A stretch of 64,000 nucleotides of DNA from the NCBI GenBank assembly GCA_010015585.1, contig ML975190.1. One strand, written 5' to 3'. A program made the translations under genes and the position numbers. The DNA comes from Eremomyces bilateralis CBS 781.70 (Eukaryota). The notes under the pieces were generated by a model. It was given only the letters and a program-made list of their open reading frames with translations, was not told the origin of the DNA and searched no databases. Positions 1 to 10,642 of the stretch are shown in pieces; positions within the stretch are counted from its first letter, which is position 1; every line of letters begins with the position of its first letter.

Positions 1-231
1 GCAATAGTCGATAATCACCCTCTCTTCTGTATTTGAGAGCTTTTTCGAATTCGGAACGCAATCGCTTCGTGGAAGTATTCCATTGCGGCGGTTACGGAGC
101 GTATCTTTGCTGACCTTGTAGGTTGCTGCTGCCGCTCGATTTGATCGAATTTGGTCTTGTTCGATAGCCATTTTAGCTAAATTGATACTAGCTTCGTTTG
201 AAGGTAATTCAACTTGTTGTTGTCGAGGCAT
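1..231 (-). CDS. pogo/Fot1-type transposase, N-terminal HTH (psq/CENP-B-like) region, partial
   Basis: Own translation from the ATG at 231: MPRQQQVELPSNEASINLAKMAIEQDQIRSNRAAAATYKVSKDTLRNRRNGILPRSDCVPNSKKLSNTEERVIIDYC, open to the window edge. Matches the fungal pogo pattern (S.R.AA..Y.V...TL..R..G...R....PN..KL...EE..I). Confidence 0.88.
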   Translation of the reverse strand, partial: MPRQQQVELPSNEASINLAKMAIEQDQIRSNRAAAATYKVSKDTLRNRRNGILPRSDCVPNSKKLSNTEERVIIDYC

Positions 232-312
232 TGCGAAAAGATGGTGATGATTGGAATTGTGGTATTGAAGTGGCTAACTCGGTGGTTTGGCTAGCTCGGT
301 GGTGGATTACGT
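1..312 (-). mobile_element. 5' end of a Fot1/pogo-family (Tc1/mariner superfamily) DNA transposon, cut by the window edge
   Basis: Terminal repeat reads ACGTAATCCACCACCGAGCTAGCCAAACCACCGAGTTAGCCAC on the minus strand (about 312-270), with an internal direct repeat. It is flanked by TA at 313-314, and a transposase N-terminus starts about 80 bp inside. Confidence 0.9.
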
Positions 313-650
313 TAGGCTGTAGATGTTATGCTGCATGATAAAACGTTCTTCGAATTCTAGGTCCTTGGCGTTGAGGATGTCCGTAGAGGTTCTTCTCCCA
401 GTCAACATCTTATGTTAACCATGTATTGTCTTCTTCCCTACGAACTCTTCCGAATCTAAGGAGAAATGCTGATTCTAGGGCCGATTCCTGGTCCCGAAAT
501 AGAATAATATTCTCTGGTCGGATGCTCTTCTAGACTATATCGAAGGCATGGACGGAGCAGACGGCTCGTGCTAATTGCGTTGCTAATCGAAATCGATCCG
601 AGAGAGAATGAGTTGACACGGACTAGTCATTGATCGTGGAGAACTGTTTT

Positions 651-3008
651 TCATATGAACCTCTTTTCGAAGCCGATCACCTTCCACTCGCCGGTTTCGG
701 TGTTAAGGGTCAGGTTGGAATGAGTAACCGCGCCATCCTTCAAAAATCCCGACTCAACTCTGCCGTCGGCCAACGGACGGCTTAAGCGGTTAGCGCCCGC
801 CTTGACGGTGAAATTGGCCAACGGAATCTCCCAAGCGTTTCGAGTGGCAACCGATGGGCTTCCATAGAACTTCGCTTGCACCTGCTTGGGCGAGACATGG
901 AGCTCGTAGTATCCGCGATAGTATCCCTCGACCCACTGGAGCTCCGCGTTGTTCGTCCCAAATTCTGTGGCCATGCTTTCGGCACTGGCAATGGTGTCGC
1001 CAAACCCGCCCGGGTTGCTGGTCACCGCTGTCCCGGCGAATTCGACGCCAACTGCCCCCTCTCCTGTGGCTGAGTCATATGGACGCTGCTCAACCCAGGC
1101 GAGGTCGCTGACCTACACGGGGTTAGATCGTGGGCGAAGGAAAGTCAGTGGCATTGACTTACCCAGTTCTTGTGAGAATCGCCTGCCAACATGATATTGT
1201 TCCCAATATTATTGTCATACAAATGCTTGTAAACCCGATCCCGATTGGCAGTGTATCCCTTCGAAGGTCAGCTTCTTCGCGTAGAATAGACCGGGTAAGC
1301 CTACATTCCAGTTGCCTGTAGCGATCGTAGGCTTTCCCTTTACTATGCGTTGGTTTCGAGAGAAAAGGATCTGGTTCCCAATCACTCGCCAGGTTGCTCC
1401 TCGCTTCTGGGACTGAGACAACTGATTATAGAACCAATTCTCTTGACGAGAGCCCATCAACGTGCGTGCGGCATGGCCTTTAAGAAGCTGGATATAATTA
1501 TCATTCCAGCCTAGACTTGTCGTCAGTACTCTATCCGCTAGTATGGCCATTGTCGACGATTGTAAAATTTTGGGGAAACGCACCAAGGTCCACGATGCTG
1601 CGATCGTAATTACGAGTGTCCAGCATAATTAGGTCCAAGGTTTTCCCAAGCTGGAAAGATCTCCAAATACGGAGATTGTCATCCATTTCCACTTGTCTGT
1701 TTGCCGTGTTACTGGATTGTCATGAGAACCTTCTAGTACAAACTTACCGAATGGGCATCCACTCAAAGTACGCTCTTACGGCATTCACCTTGCGCTGGTC
1801 AACGCTGATACCAGGACCGTCATTGAGGAATGACTCTTCTGTGTTGTTGAGCGCAGACATGCCATCCCTGTAGGCGTTGTTTGCAACCTCTACAAAATGT
1901 CAGACTAATCCCAATTGTGATACGATCCTCTTACCATGATCGTCCCACACCGGGATCCAAGCGAACTTTTCGTGGGTGGCCCGAAGATCGAGATCCAAAC
2001 GATGCTAAAAAAATCATGTCAAGTGCCAAACTAACGGTTATCACGAGCTTGGAGACTTACCTGACCAATTCGTGTCCGATAGTCGTACAAGGTGAAGATA
2101 TCGTGTGGCGGATCGGTCGCCCGTTCATCCTTCCCCAACTCACCGCGACCAATTTCATAGATGTAATCTCCGAGATGGACCTGACGCAAACAGGAATCAG
2201 CCATAGAACAGCATCCCTAGAATTCTAGAGCACCTACAACATAGTCGACATTGTCCTTCCTTGCCACGTTGCCGTACGCATTGAAGTATCCATTCGCTGC
2301 GTAAATTAGTCTTGCTCTCCTAACCTCACCAGCTTGGGAAACTTTACAGAAGTTGGCGCATGAAAATACGGCCAGCGAGATGTCTTTGCCATTGTCGTTT
2401 GCGTTCGGGCTCGTCTTTGTTCGACCGAGAGGACTCCGGATATCTGTGCCGCAGACATTGAATTGATACCAATATGTCGAAAATGGTTTTAGATTCTTCG
2501 CTTCAACCTAAAACCAATCAGTCGAAGCATTAGATATAGGAGAAGTGATACTTACTTTAAGTGTAAAGTCAATATCACTAGTCGTATATGCCGTACCCTT
2601 GTCGGCAACCTTTCGAGCTTCCTTATCCGAATACACCTTGTACTCAACGCAGATTGGGTTCTTCGATGCCTTGATATATGTCTCGGTATCATGGCTATAG
2701 TATGGCACATTGCCGGTGACAACCACGTCGCTCGTATCTGATTTCAGGGAGGGGGCAACGCGAGTCCACAGAATAACACTGTTCGGATAAGGATCGCCTG
2801 ACGCCACACCGTGGGTGAAATTTAGCTCTTTAGGATCGTACGCCTTATCATCCCTCTTCACGAATCGCCGCTGAATTTGAGGGATGTCGAGTCCAAGGCC
2901 GGAATGCCTTCGGGACGGGCTGCCATAATTGATATTGGCATCGAGACCCTCCCCTAGCACTTGTGCAACAAGAGCGAGGAGGGGGAAAAGTTCTTTTGCT
3001 GCCCACAT
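651..3008 (-). CDS. secreted PhoD-family alkaline phosphatase (about 10 exons)
   Basis: Signal peptide MWAAKELFPLLALVAQVLG; motifs FTHGVASGDP, VHLGDYIYE, WDDHEVANN, AYFEWMPIR, IMLDTR, LAGDSH. Nine canonical introns join these into one frame ending at the stop at 651. Confidence 0.93.
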
Positions 3009-3299
3009 TGTGAGTGACAATATTGGCTTTGAAGAAAACAGAGCTCACTGGTTCATTCGACAACTTAGATATGGACAATGAAACATTATACCTATTAGTA
3101 TTCCTCGACTTCAGGCATCGGGGTAATTTCTTTCTACTCTCGGATGGTTCTCTAGCGTAGCACATCATAGAGGCAGAATATTTGCCAATCGAACGCATCG
3201 TTTCACACGCGTTGATAAGGGGCTAGGAAATTACTAAATTGCGTGTAGACTTGAAGGAAATCGATTAGTAAAAGTGGTTCTAATAGCAATTTAATACTC

Positions 3300-3660
3300 T
3301 GTAGGTCTAACTAACTATGCAATGATACTGTAGTAGTTTGTCAGCGATCATAGCTTGAACCGACTCGATGTCGTATGGCAGGGAACATGTCAGGTACTCC
3401 AACCGCAGGACCTCATAGCTGCCGCTAGTATCAAATAGAACTAGAATGTACTGTAGATACGGATAGTTATACGGAATCCCCCGCATCAAACGGATATAAT
3501 TAGCCCGACAAACTGTGGAAGCACGAAAAACCTCTTCTACTGGCGGATTCGAAGTCGACGACCTCGTTAGACCTGGACCCAAGTAATATGTCGCCATCGA
3601 TGAGGAAGTTGAGGACACGCCCTAGCACGACTAAATGCCTGCACACGTCCTCTAATCGCA
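3300..3660. pseudogene. degraded, TpA-rich (RIP-like) coding remnant of unknown origin
   Basis: Dense TAG/TAA/TA dinucleotides. The protein-like minus ORF 3307-3618 has no clear start and no recognisable family. Confidence 0.3.
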
Positions 3661-4450
3661 TCGAAAACGGGAAAGCGGGCAGCACTAATGCTATAGTCCA
3701 AATTGCAACATGAATTGAACTTTTGATGGATTATTGTGGTTGAAAAAAATTTGAACTGGACTGGATGAAGTCAGTCGATGAAATATCCCCTTCGCCGTCA
3801 CAGTGCTAATTTCGACATGGGTAAATCAAAGGTCTGACAGGGATATCAACAGATTTTGCAGGGATTTCCCCCCCCGACAATGCACTGCTAATTAGTGCAG
3901 AACCCACCCGTCTGTTCCCCCATAGCAAGCCTTGCGTTGCCTGCAATACAGCGGGTAGAGTATCAACACCGCGGGCTAGGAAACGGAAGGCCCTTAATGA
4001 GCTCTCTTTGAATACGATACGAGGCGTATCGCAAAGTCTGGATGGGCGTAAACAGAGTGCTCCCAAGACTGAATGGGGGTGTAGACGCTGTGAGATCCCA
4101 TTATGCAATACATGGCTATGCTGGTCTGATCATCTGACCGTCGCAGAAGGCGGCTAGGAGCTCTTTTTTTACGCTGAAAATTCCTGCCAGTACCTCTATG
4201 TCTATATATTTTAATTCTTCGATCTGTAGTGCTGGAAACCCTGAAGATTTACGCTGTTTCGTAGGCTTTGTAATTGTTACATTGAAATGGTCAGAATGGC
4301 GATGTTTACAGGGGTTTGCCAAGACAGACCCCTGTTGAAATTAGCACTGCAGTCGCGACGGCCAAGGGGATAAAGCAGATGCCCACGTACTGTCAGGTGC
4401 GGTCACCTTCGTTCGCCGTAGACCCCTGAGGAAGTGAGGTTGCTGTTGAA

Positions 4451-7400
4451 TTACGAAGTAACGTTATGTGCTACCGAACTTGCATCCAAAAACGGCGGTT
4501 TCTGACGCCGTTTTCAGAGGGTTTTCCGCCTAGGCAAAACGCTCCTGTTTCGTTAGGCCTTACACCCACTCACAGTGCCGGGTCCTTGCTCCATGCAGTC
4601 CTCCTCAAACACTTGGGGGTTCAATTTTGGACTTCCAACTCTCGGTTTCCTCGACATTCAGAACTTCCATGCCTCCACGCTAATTTGGAAGCATGATGGT
4701 GTCAAACGCTATGGCTCCGCTGCGAGGTCTCTCTCTGTTTTCTCACATAATAAACAATATCGAAGCCCGTCGCTCGATGAATTGCTCTGTCATTCCCTTT
4801 TCTCTGTTCTCCTCTCTAGCGCTCTCGGCATTTCGCACGTCTAGATCGATCTCTATTATCTAGGAGCATTTGATAAATTCCACTTTACACTCCTATCGAG
4901 ACTGCTCCCTACATTGATCGCTGAGACCATCGTAATGGGAAGGAGGAACAAGTCGCACCGAGGCGCCAAAAAGGATACACTACGAGACGCTGCGTACTAT
5001 GAATCGCTCTATACAGATGACCTAACCCCAGCATTGCGCCCTATCATAGACGCAATAGAAAAAGGAGTCCGCTCTATATGGAGGAAGTGGACAGAGTATG
5101 TATTAATGGCTAAGATTTACCAAGTTCTTAACTAACTGTCCATAACTCTGACTAAATATTGTTCGCTCCAAATCCTTGACCCCGATGCTCTTACCCGCCT
5201 GCAAAATATTAGCGTGGCCGAGATCCGGCGGTTCATGCATTGGTATCTGGACAGTCATGCCGTGACGAAGCTGAGTTCCTTGTATGTGTTGATGCGTTAC
5301 TGGCGGATGATGTATGCTCGGAAGTTGTACCAACGGCTTGACCTTGTCCTCGCTTTGGATATGAAAGATGTAAGGCCGTGGTTCCCTTTCTAGGGACCCT
5401 CTCTTAGTAACGTATGAGCAGTTCATTAGCACCGTCCTCAAAGTCGAGTATAATTTGAGTGAAGATATGAAAGACAAGCCTGTCACGAATGTGGACGATG
5501 TATACTTACTACTGTAGAAGTATGAATACGTGATTGATTTATCTATCTAGGAGTATGGGAGGCCTCGGAGGAATAGGAGGCAACCACACATGATACTAGC
5601 CGTATTGGATGTCACCTGACTCCCAACCTCTAGAGGATTACCTCAGCAAGCTCAGGCTATTTGTGGTCGTGCCTGAGGCAACGAACCGCGCTATACCTAG
5701 TTTGTATGGTCCTAGACCAAATAGCCGGATGGTGTCGCAAGATGCCCCTGTTGGTTTCTACTGCCCTAATTAGATGATAAAAAGTGCAAAGATGGTGTAC
5801 AAATGCCCGGTAAAGGATAAGGGGAAATTGAATTGAGAATTGCAAGAGGATAGAAATAGTGGCTGCTTAAGTACTCCAGGTCCCTGCGGTGCAAGACGCT
5901 CTGGACTCGTTATCCTATCGCCATGGCTCGACTGCTCTTCTACCTGCATGCGCAACCCTCGCATCTACCCCTGATTTTGCCTCGCCGCCCTTGCCGCCAG
6001 TCCACGATTTGCAAGAGGATATGCATTCTGCACCTAAGGCATGAATATACCATCCTGTCCTGGTTAGCGTGCCATTAGTGATATTGTTTGGAGGGTGCGT
6101 CCAAAAATAGTGGAAGATGAAGCGGTAACATTGATTGGTGTTAATGCGGTCTGCTTGATATCTTTCGTTTCCTTCCCCCTTTCAGTCCGCGACCAGTGAC
6201 GGCCAGATATGATATGCGATGACGCTCTCGTCCCTATGCACACGCCAAAGGTTGGAAGAGAAAATTACTCTTCCAAAATTCCATCGTCACTGGATCCGAG
6301 GTCGCACGCAAGCTGCTTGACGCAAAGATAAGGGGCTGCCTCTGCCTATGAGACCGCGTGGTTGCGAGGAGTGTAATGATTGGGTTGGAAGCAATCTCGA
6401 TGGCCGTGCTGGGCCGCCAACCTCGAGCAGCCGCATCGGTCGTCAGTGGACCGTTGTCGTGCGGGCAGATTCAGCTGCTCACGTCCGGATGACCGTGGAA
6501 ATTCTAGTTCGCGAGACCACATGCAATGGCAACCGAGCAATTGGATCCACAGGCTTTCAAGTTCGCATGGATGAATTGGCGTGCTGGCTGGAACAGCCAC
6601 ACCACAAACCCCTCCATTCGTCAAGATGCCTCACCGTCATCGTCAACGTCGGTGTTACCGATGTCACCTGGTTCGGCCTCACCGGATGCTTTGAGCACTG
6701 TCAGGTGGACTGTGACCGAAACTCTTACGTACGAATAGCAGGTTGCAAGCGAGCGACCGTGGCGCCTCTCATACCAAGGTTCCAAGCCAGAGACAGACTG
6801 GGGCATTGACGTCCACATCCAGCTTCCTATTTGATCCCAGAACGCCCATGCCGGTGTCTGTATGAAACCACAGTTGATTCAAATGAGCTGAAGGGATCGG
6901 GCGATCACGATCATCATTATGCCATCATAATCATGCGATGCACGGCGTGGTGTGGCCGAGCACTAAGCTTAGCCGGTTCGAAAATGGGCGTCTCTAGTTA
7001 TAGATAATGCAGTATTATTGCAGACGCTGTCTAAGTCGAAATCGACGAGGGAGGCCGGAAAAGTCGAGGTGCGAAGGTGCACACATGATCCATAAAGTAA
7101 TGAGAAGGAATATGGAGGGCGGTTGGTGACCGTAGTTCATGGCCAATGCTCAGGGTTCTTAGAAAGGGATGGAGAGAAGCGACCACGCTGAGACGAACGG
7201 GGATGGATCCAGCAGTTCAAGCCCATTAAGCTCGAAGTTCGAAATGCTGTGCAACGCAGAAGCGATGGGTCTTAGGAGACGGGGACGCCGAAGAATGAGT
7301 GCTCTCTAGGAGCCTGTTAGTTCTGCTACATTGCGGCGAAGAACTCTGATACACTGGGAAGAAACTCAACATGAAAGGTGGAACTGAAGCTCACCATCCA

Positions 7401-7740
7401 GAAGGCGTTACGAAAGGGGAGCGAGCCGTAAAGCATGGAATGGCAAAAGAGGGGGAGAGATTTCGCCCAAGGCGTAGCGAGGGTCAGCAGGGGATTCAGC
7501 CGTGCAAATGGTGCGTGCAAGGGTCGACCGGTGGACAATGCAAATTTGAGACGCGGCGAAGCAAGAGAAAAAGGGGAAGCCGAAGGGTGGAGGAAGAGGT
7601 GGTTCAGATTTAAGAGGCGATAGACGGTGGTATTTATGTTCTGAGGATTTGAAGGTTTGAAAACGGAAAACAGCGCTATACTTGATAGGGTGGCGCTAAA
7701 CTATAAACGGAAGTTCGGTACCACGCAGATTACGTAGTAA
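4451..7740 (+). mobile_element. miniature/derelict Starship-like tyrosine-recombinase element (about 3.3 kb)
   Basis: Direct repeat TTACGAAGTAA (4451-4461) / TTACGTAGTAA (7730-7740). Inverted arms GTGCTACCGAACTT (4468-4481) and AAGTTCGGTACCAC (7711-7724), 13/14 complementary. A DUF3435 captain fragment is the first gene, about 480 bp inside the left end. Confidence 0.8.
4935..5517 (+). pseudogene. truncated DUF3435 tyrosine recombinase (Starship 'captain'), N-terminal three exons
   Basis: Exons 4935-5095, 5156-5369 and 5422-5517 give MGRRNK..DAAYYESL..IWRKWTE|YC..RRFMHWYLD..KLSSLYVLMRYWRMMYAR..MKD|FISTVLKVEYNLSEDMKDKPVTNVDDVYLLL*. The first acceptor reads TAA instead of TAG, and the catalytic C-terminal part is absent. 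Confidence 0.88.
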
Positions 7741-8085
7741 TTAAGGCGACAGGGTGAATACCTGCAACGCCATGTCAAAGCCGTGGACTAGTGGCGCAGC
7801 ATTGACACGCACGCCGCCCTTTTCGGCTGGGTCGTCCGCCACAACCTGATGCTCCTCCACCAGGGATAGAGAACTAAAGGCAGATACGGCCGTCAATATC
7901 AAATCCGATACAAGCAGATCAAAATTGGTAAACCAGCTATTAATTCCTAAGCAGAAGTTTATTTCTTGCTTGATTGACATGGGAAAGGCCCTCGATTGAT
8001 AACGATGTGAAAGAGCTTGGAAACTAACATCTATCGCCCATAATCAATCACCTGGGCTCTTAAGACGTCCTGAAGCCTCGCAACC

Positions 8086-9843
8086 ATGGGGACTATAGAC
8101 GTCGTCTACATATTCGACGAGCATAACACCCTTCTCCTCTCTCACCACTACCATGGATCCCCTCCATCCGCGAAGGTTCTGTTGAACACCTACCTCTCCC
8201 ACTCCTCACCCCGCCCCTCCGTCCTCTATGTCCCAAGCACCCACCCACCATGCATCCTCTGCTCCATGGTTCAAGACCGTCTCCTATTTCTCACTCCTCT
8301 CTCTCATGATATGGACCCGCTCATAGCGCTCGAGTTCCTTCACCGCGTGGCCGACGCGCTGGAGGAGTTCCTGGGCTCCCCGCTACTAGCTAGTCGGATT
8401 GAGACGCAGTATGATGTCGTCGCGCAGTTGCTGGGTGAGATGTGTGATGCGGGTATAATGAGCGTCACGGAGCCCAACGCGTTACGGGACCTGGTGGATG
8501 TGGGTGTGGGGTTGATGGGCAAATTTCTCGGAGGCGTTGGATTACCTAGGTATATCCCATCATCCCTTGAGCCACAGAACAATTTATCAAAGATGGGATT
8601 ATTGACCCTTTTCGAATTCAGCGCTTCACCATCACTATCATCAGCACCCGGTTCCAGCCTATCCTTCAAACCCCCCGGCTCCGACACCAACCAACTCGCC
8701 ATCCCCTGGCGCCGCGCCAACGTCCGCCACACCAGCAACGAGCTCTACGTTGACATTGTCGAGTCCGTCACCGCTATCCTCGCCCCCTCCGGTCGCCCGC
8801 TCGCCGCCCGCGCCCACGGCACTATAGTCTTCACCGCCAAGGTCTCCGGCGTCCCCGACCTGATCCTGCAGCTCACCACGCCCGGCGGCCGGATGAACGT
8901 CGCGCATACCATGCAGCTCCCGGTGTTCCATCCGTGTGTGCGGCTCGCAAGATGGAAGGAGCATCCCGGGGAGCTAAGCTTCGTACCGCCGGATGGGAGG
9001 TTCGTGTTAGCGGGGTATGAGGTGGATTTGCTTGGAGCGGACTATCTGACGCGGGCGATGCATGATCCGAATTATAGGTCGGACTTGCATTTACCGGTGT
9101 CTATTGAATTGAACAAGTCGCTCGGACCGGACGCGTTGGATTTTGAGGTCAAGATGTCGCTGGACCTGAGCTTCGTGAAGGTCTCGTCCTCGTCGAGTAC
9201 TGGGTTGGGGGCCGGCCTTGGTCGGGCAAAGAGCGCCGGCTTGAGACCGAGTACCGCGACCAGTGGGACGTCTGCACAGCCGACGTTGGAGGAGATCGTT
9301 GTGAGCGTGCCGATTCCGAGTGGGGTGAGGAATTTCAGCGAGATGAAGGCGAGTCGCGGGGAGGCGACGTATGCGCCTGGGGACGGGACGCTGGAGTGGC
9401 GAATATACGGCAAGGAGGCGTCAATGCTGATGAATGGCGTGCATAGTGTCTCCGGTGGCGTGGTTGCGACACTGAGGTGTTCGGTGGTTGGACAGCCTAA
9501 TGTCGGGGAGGTCGAGGAGCCGTTTGCGCCGCCGAAGGAGAAGTGGGACTATGATGAGGGCGGTGATGATGCCTACCAAGCGGAGGCAGGGAGTGGGAAG
9601 AGCACGGGGAAGAAATCACCGAGCGATGAGAAGCTCTCAAGGATAGCCGCGAAGAACGCAGAGCTGATGCCATCGTCGGCATCAGTCAGCTTCCAGGTCA
9701 AGGGATGGTTGCCCAGTGGAATCAAGGTGGAGAAGCTTGCCATCGATATGCCGAAGAGTAAAGGCATAGGCGCTGGCGTACAACCATACAAGGGCGTGAA
9801 GTATCTAGCTGTAAGCAAGGGCGGTGTTGAGATTAGATGTTGA
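8086..9843 (+). CDS. APM3: AP-3 adaptor complex mu subunit
   Basis: Longin N-terminus (LEFLHRVADALEEFLGSPL) and mu-homology domain (IPWRRANVRHTSNELYVDIVE, FHPCVRL, LSFVPPDGRFVLAGY, PYKGVKY). Probable in-frame intron 8550-8621. Confidence 0.93.
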   Translation: MGTIDVVYIFDEHNTLLLSHHYHGSPPSAKVLLNTYLSHSSPRPSVLYVPSTHPPCILCSMVQDRLLFLTPLSHDMDPLIALEFLHRVADALEEFLGSPLLASRIETQYDVVAQLLGEMCDAGIMSVTEPNALRDLVDVGVGLMGKFLGGVGLPRYIPSSLEPQNNLSKMGLLTLFEFSASPSLSSAPGSSLSFKPPGSDTNQLAIPWRRANVRHTSNELYVDIVESVTAILAPSGRPLAARAHGTIVFTAKVSGVPDLILQLTTPGGRMNVAHTMQLPVFHPCVRLARWKEHPGELSFVPPDGRFVLAGYEVDLLGADYLTRAMHDPNYRSDLHLPVSIELNKSLGPDALDFEVKMSLDLSFVKVSSSSSTGLGAGLGRAKSAGLRPSTATSGTSAQPTLEEIVVSVPIPSGVRNFSEMKASRGEATYAPGDGTLEWRIYGKEASMLMNGVHSVSGGVVATLRCSVVGQPNVGEVEEPFAPPKEKWDYDEGGDDAYQAEAGSGKSTGKKSPSDEKLSRIAAKNAELMPSSASVSFQVKGWLPSGIKVEKLAIDMPKSKGIGAGVQPYKGVKYLAVSKGGVEIRC

Positions 9844-9909
9844 GTCAATGAAATGCTGCTGAGTTCAGGACATAAGTTGCATGTGAATACCAATTGCGAA
9901 AAATAAAAC

Positions 9910-9930
9910 GGCCTTGGCAGGAATCGAACC
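9910..9930 (-). other. isolated tRNA-like 3' fragment / Pol III B-box
   Basis: Minus strand GGTTCGATTCCTGCCAAGGCC followed by a T-rich run; no matching 5' acceptor strand or D-arm upstream. Confidence 0.35.
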
Positions 9931-10642
9931 CTCCCGTAGAATTCGCCCAATGTACCTCTCAACTCCCCATTTGCCCTTTATAGAGCGCTAGCTCATCCCC
10001 CCAAGCAAAAAGAAAGAATCAGACTGCAAAATAGCAAAACTATAAGCTCTTGGGAGCCCTAGGGAGTCCTTCTTCCGAGCGTTGTTTACGAATCACCACC
10101 GTTGCCGCAACGGTGTAGATCATCTCAATGCTCCCAAGAACCTTTCCAGCTGTACTTGACAGTATTCGTGTGCCACGTCGAGATATTGCAGCCGAGCCAC
10201 CATAAGGTGGCGGAGGGGGCTACCAACTAAGACACTCTGCCATTTCCTGCTGATCAGTTATCAGTTTAAATCAATTATATATTAAATCTGTAGATGTGAA
10301 CTGGACAGCATCATGCAACTCACTTACTGGTGAATGCTCCTAGTACTCTCCTTCTTCCCTTCGGTCATTATTTGACCCGTCAAACCCAATTCCATCTCCT
10401 AGGCACTGTGTTTACTTGGATTTTGCGAATGCAGAACACAGCGCCCAGCTCACCTAACTAGCAATTCACCCCAATGGCAGGGTCACATGCACGCATCAAC
10501 ATCACAAGACCTCAATTTTCCACTTGAACAAGTTCCAAATCTCATATTGATACTGGTTCAACCATCGTATAATACATCGCCCCCAAGTCTTCACCTCGGC
10601 ATGATTTTCCACCTCCTAGTCTATTCTTCGCAATCCAATCCA

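Noticed and set aside
5513..5660. Solo LTR starting TGTAG at the captain breakpoint
   Set aside because: No matching CA terminus with a target-site duplication was found.
6346..6818. Cargo gene inside the mini element (ORFs 6348-6809, 6380-6574; faint Zn2Cys6-like DRCR)
   Set aside because: Cysteine pattern incomplete and frames inconsistent; cannot support a call.
9860..10010. Complete tRNA gene
   Set aside because: No 5' acceptor strand, D-arm or anticodon arm could be folded; kept only as a fragment.
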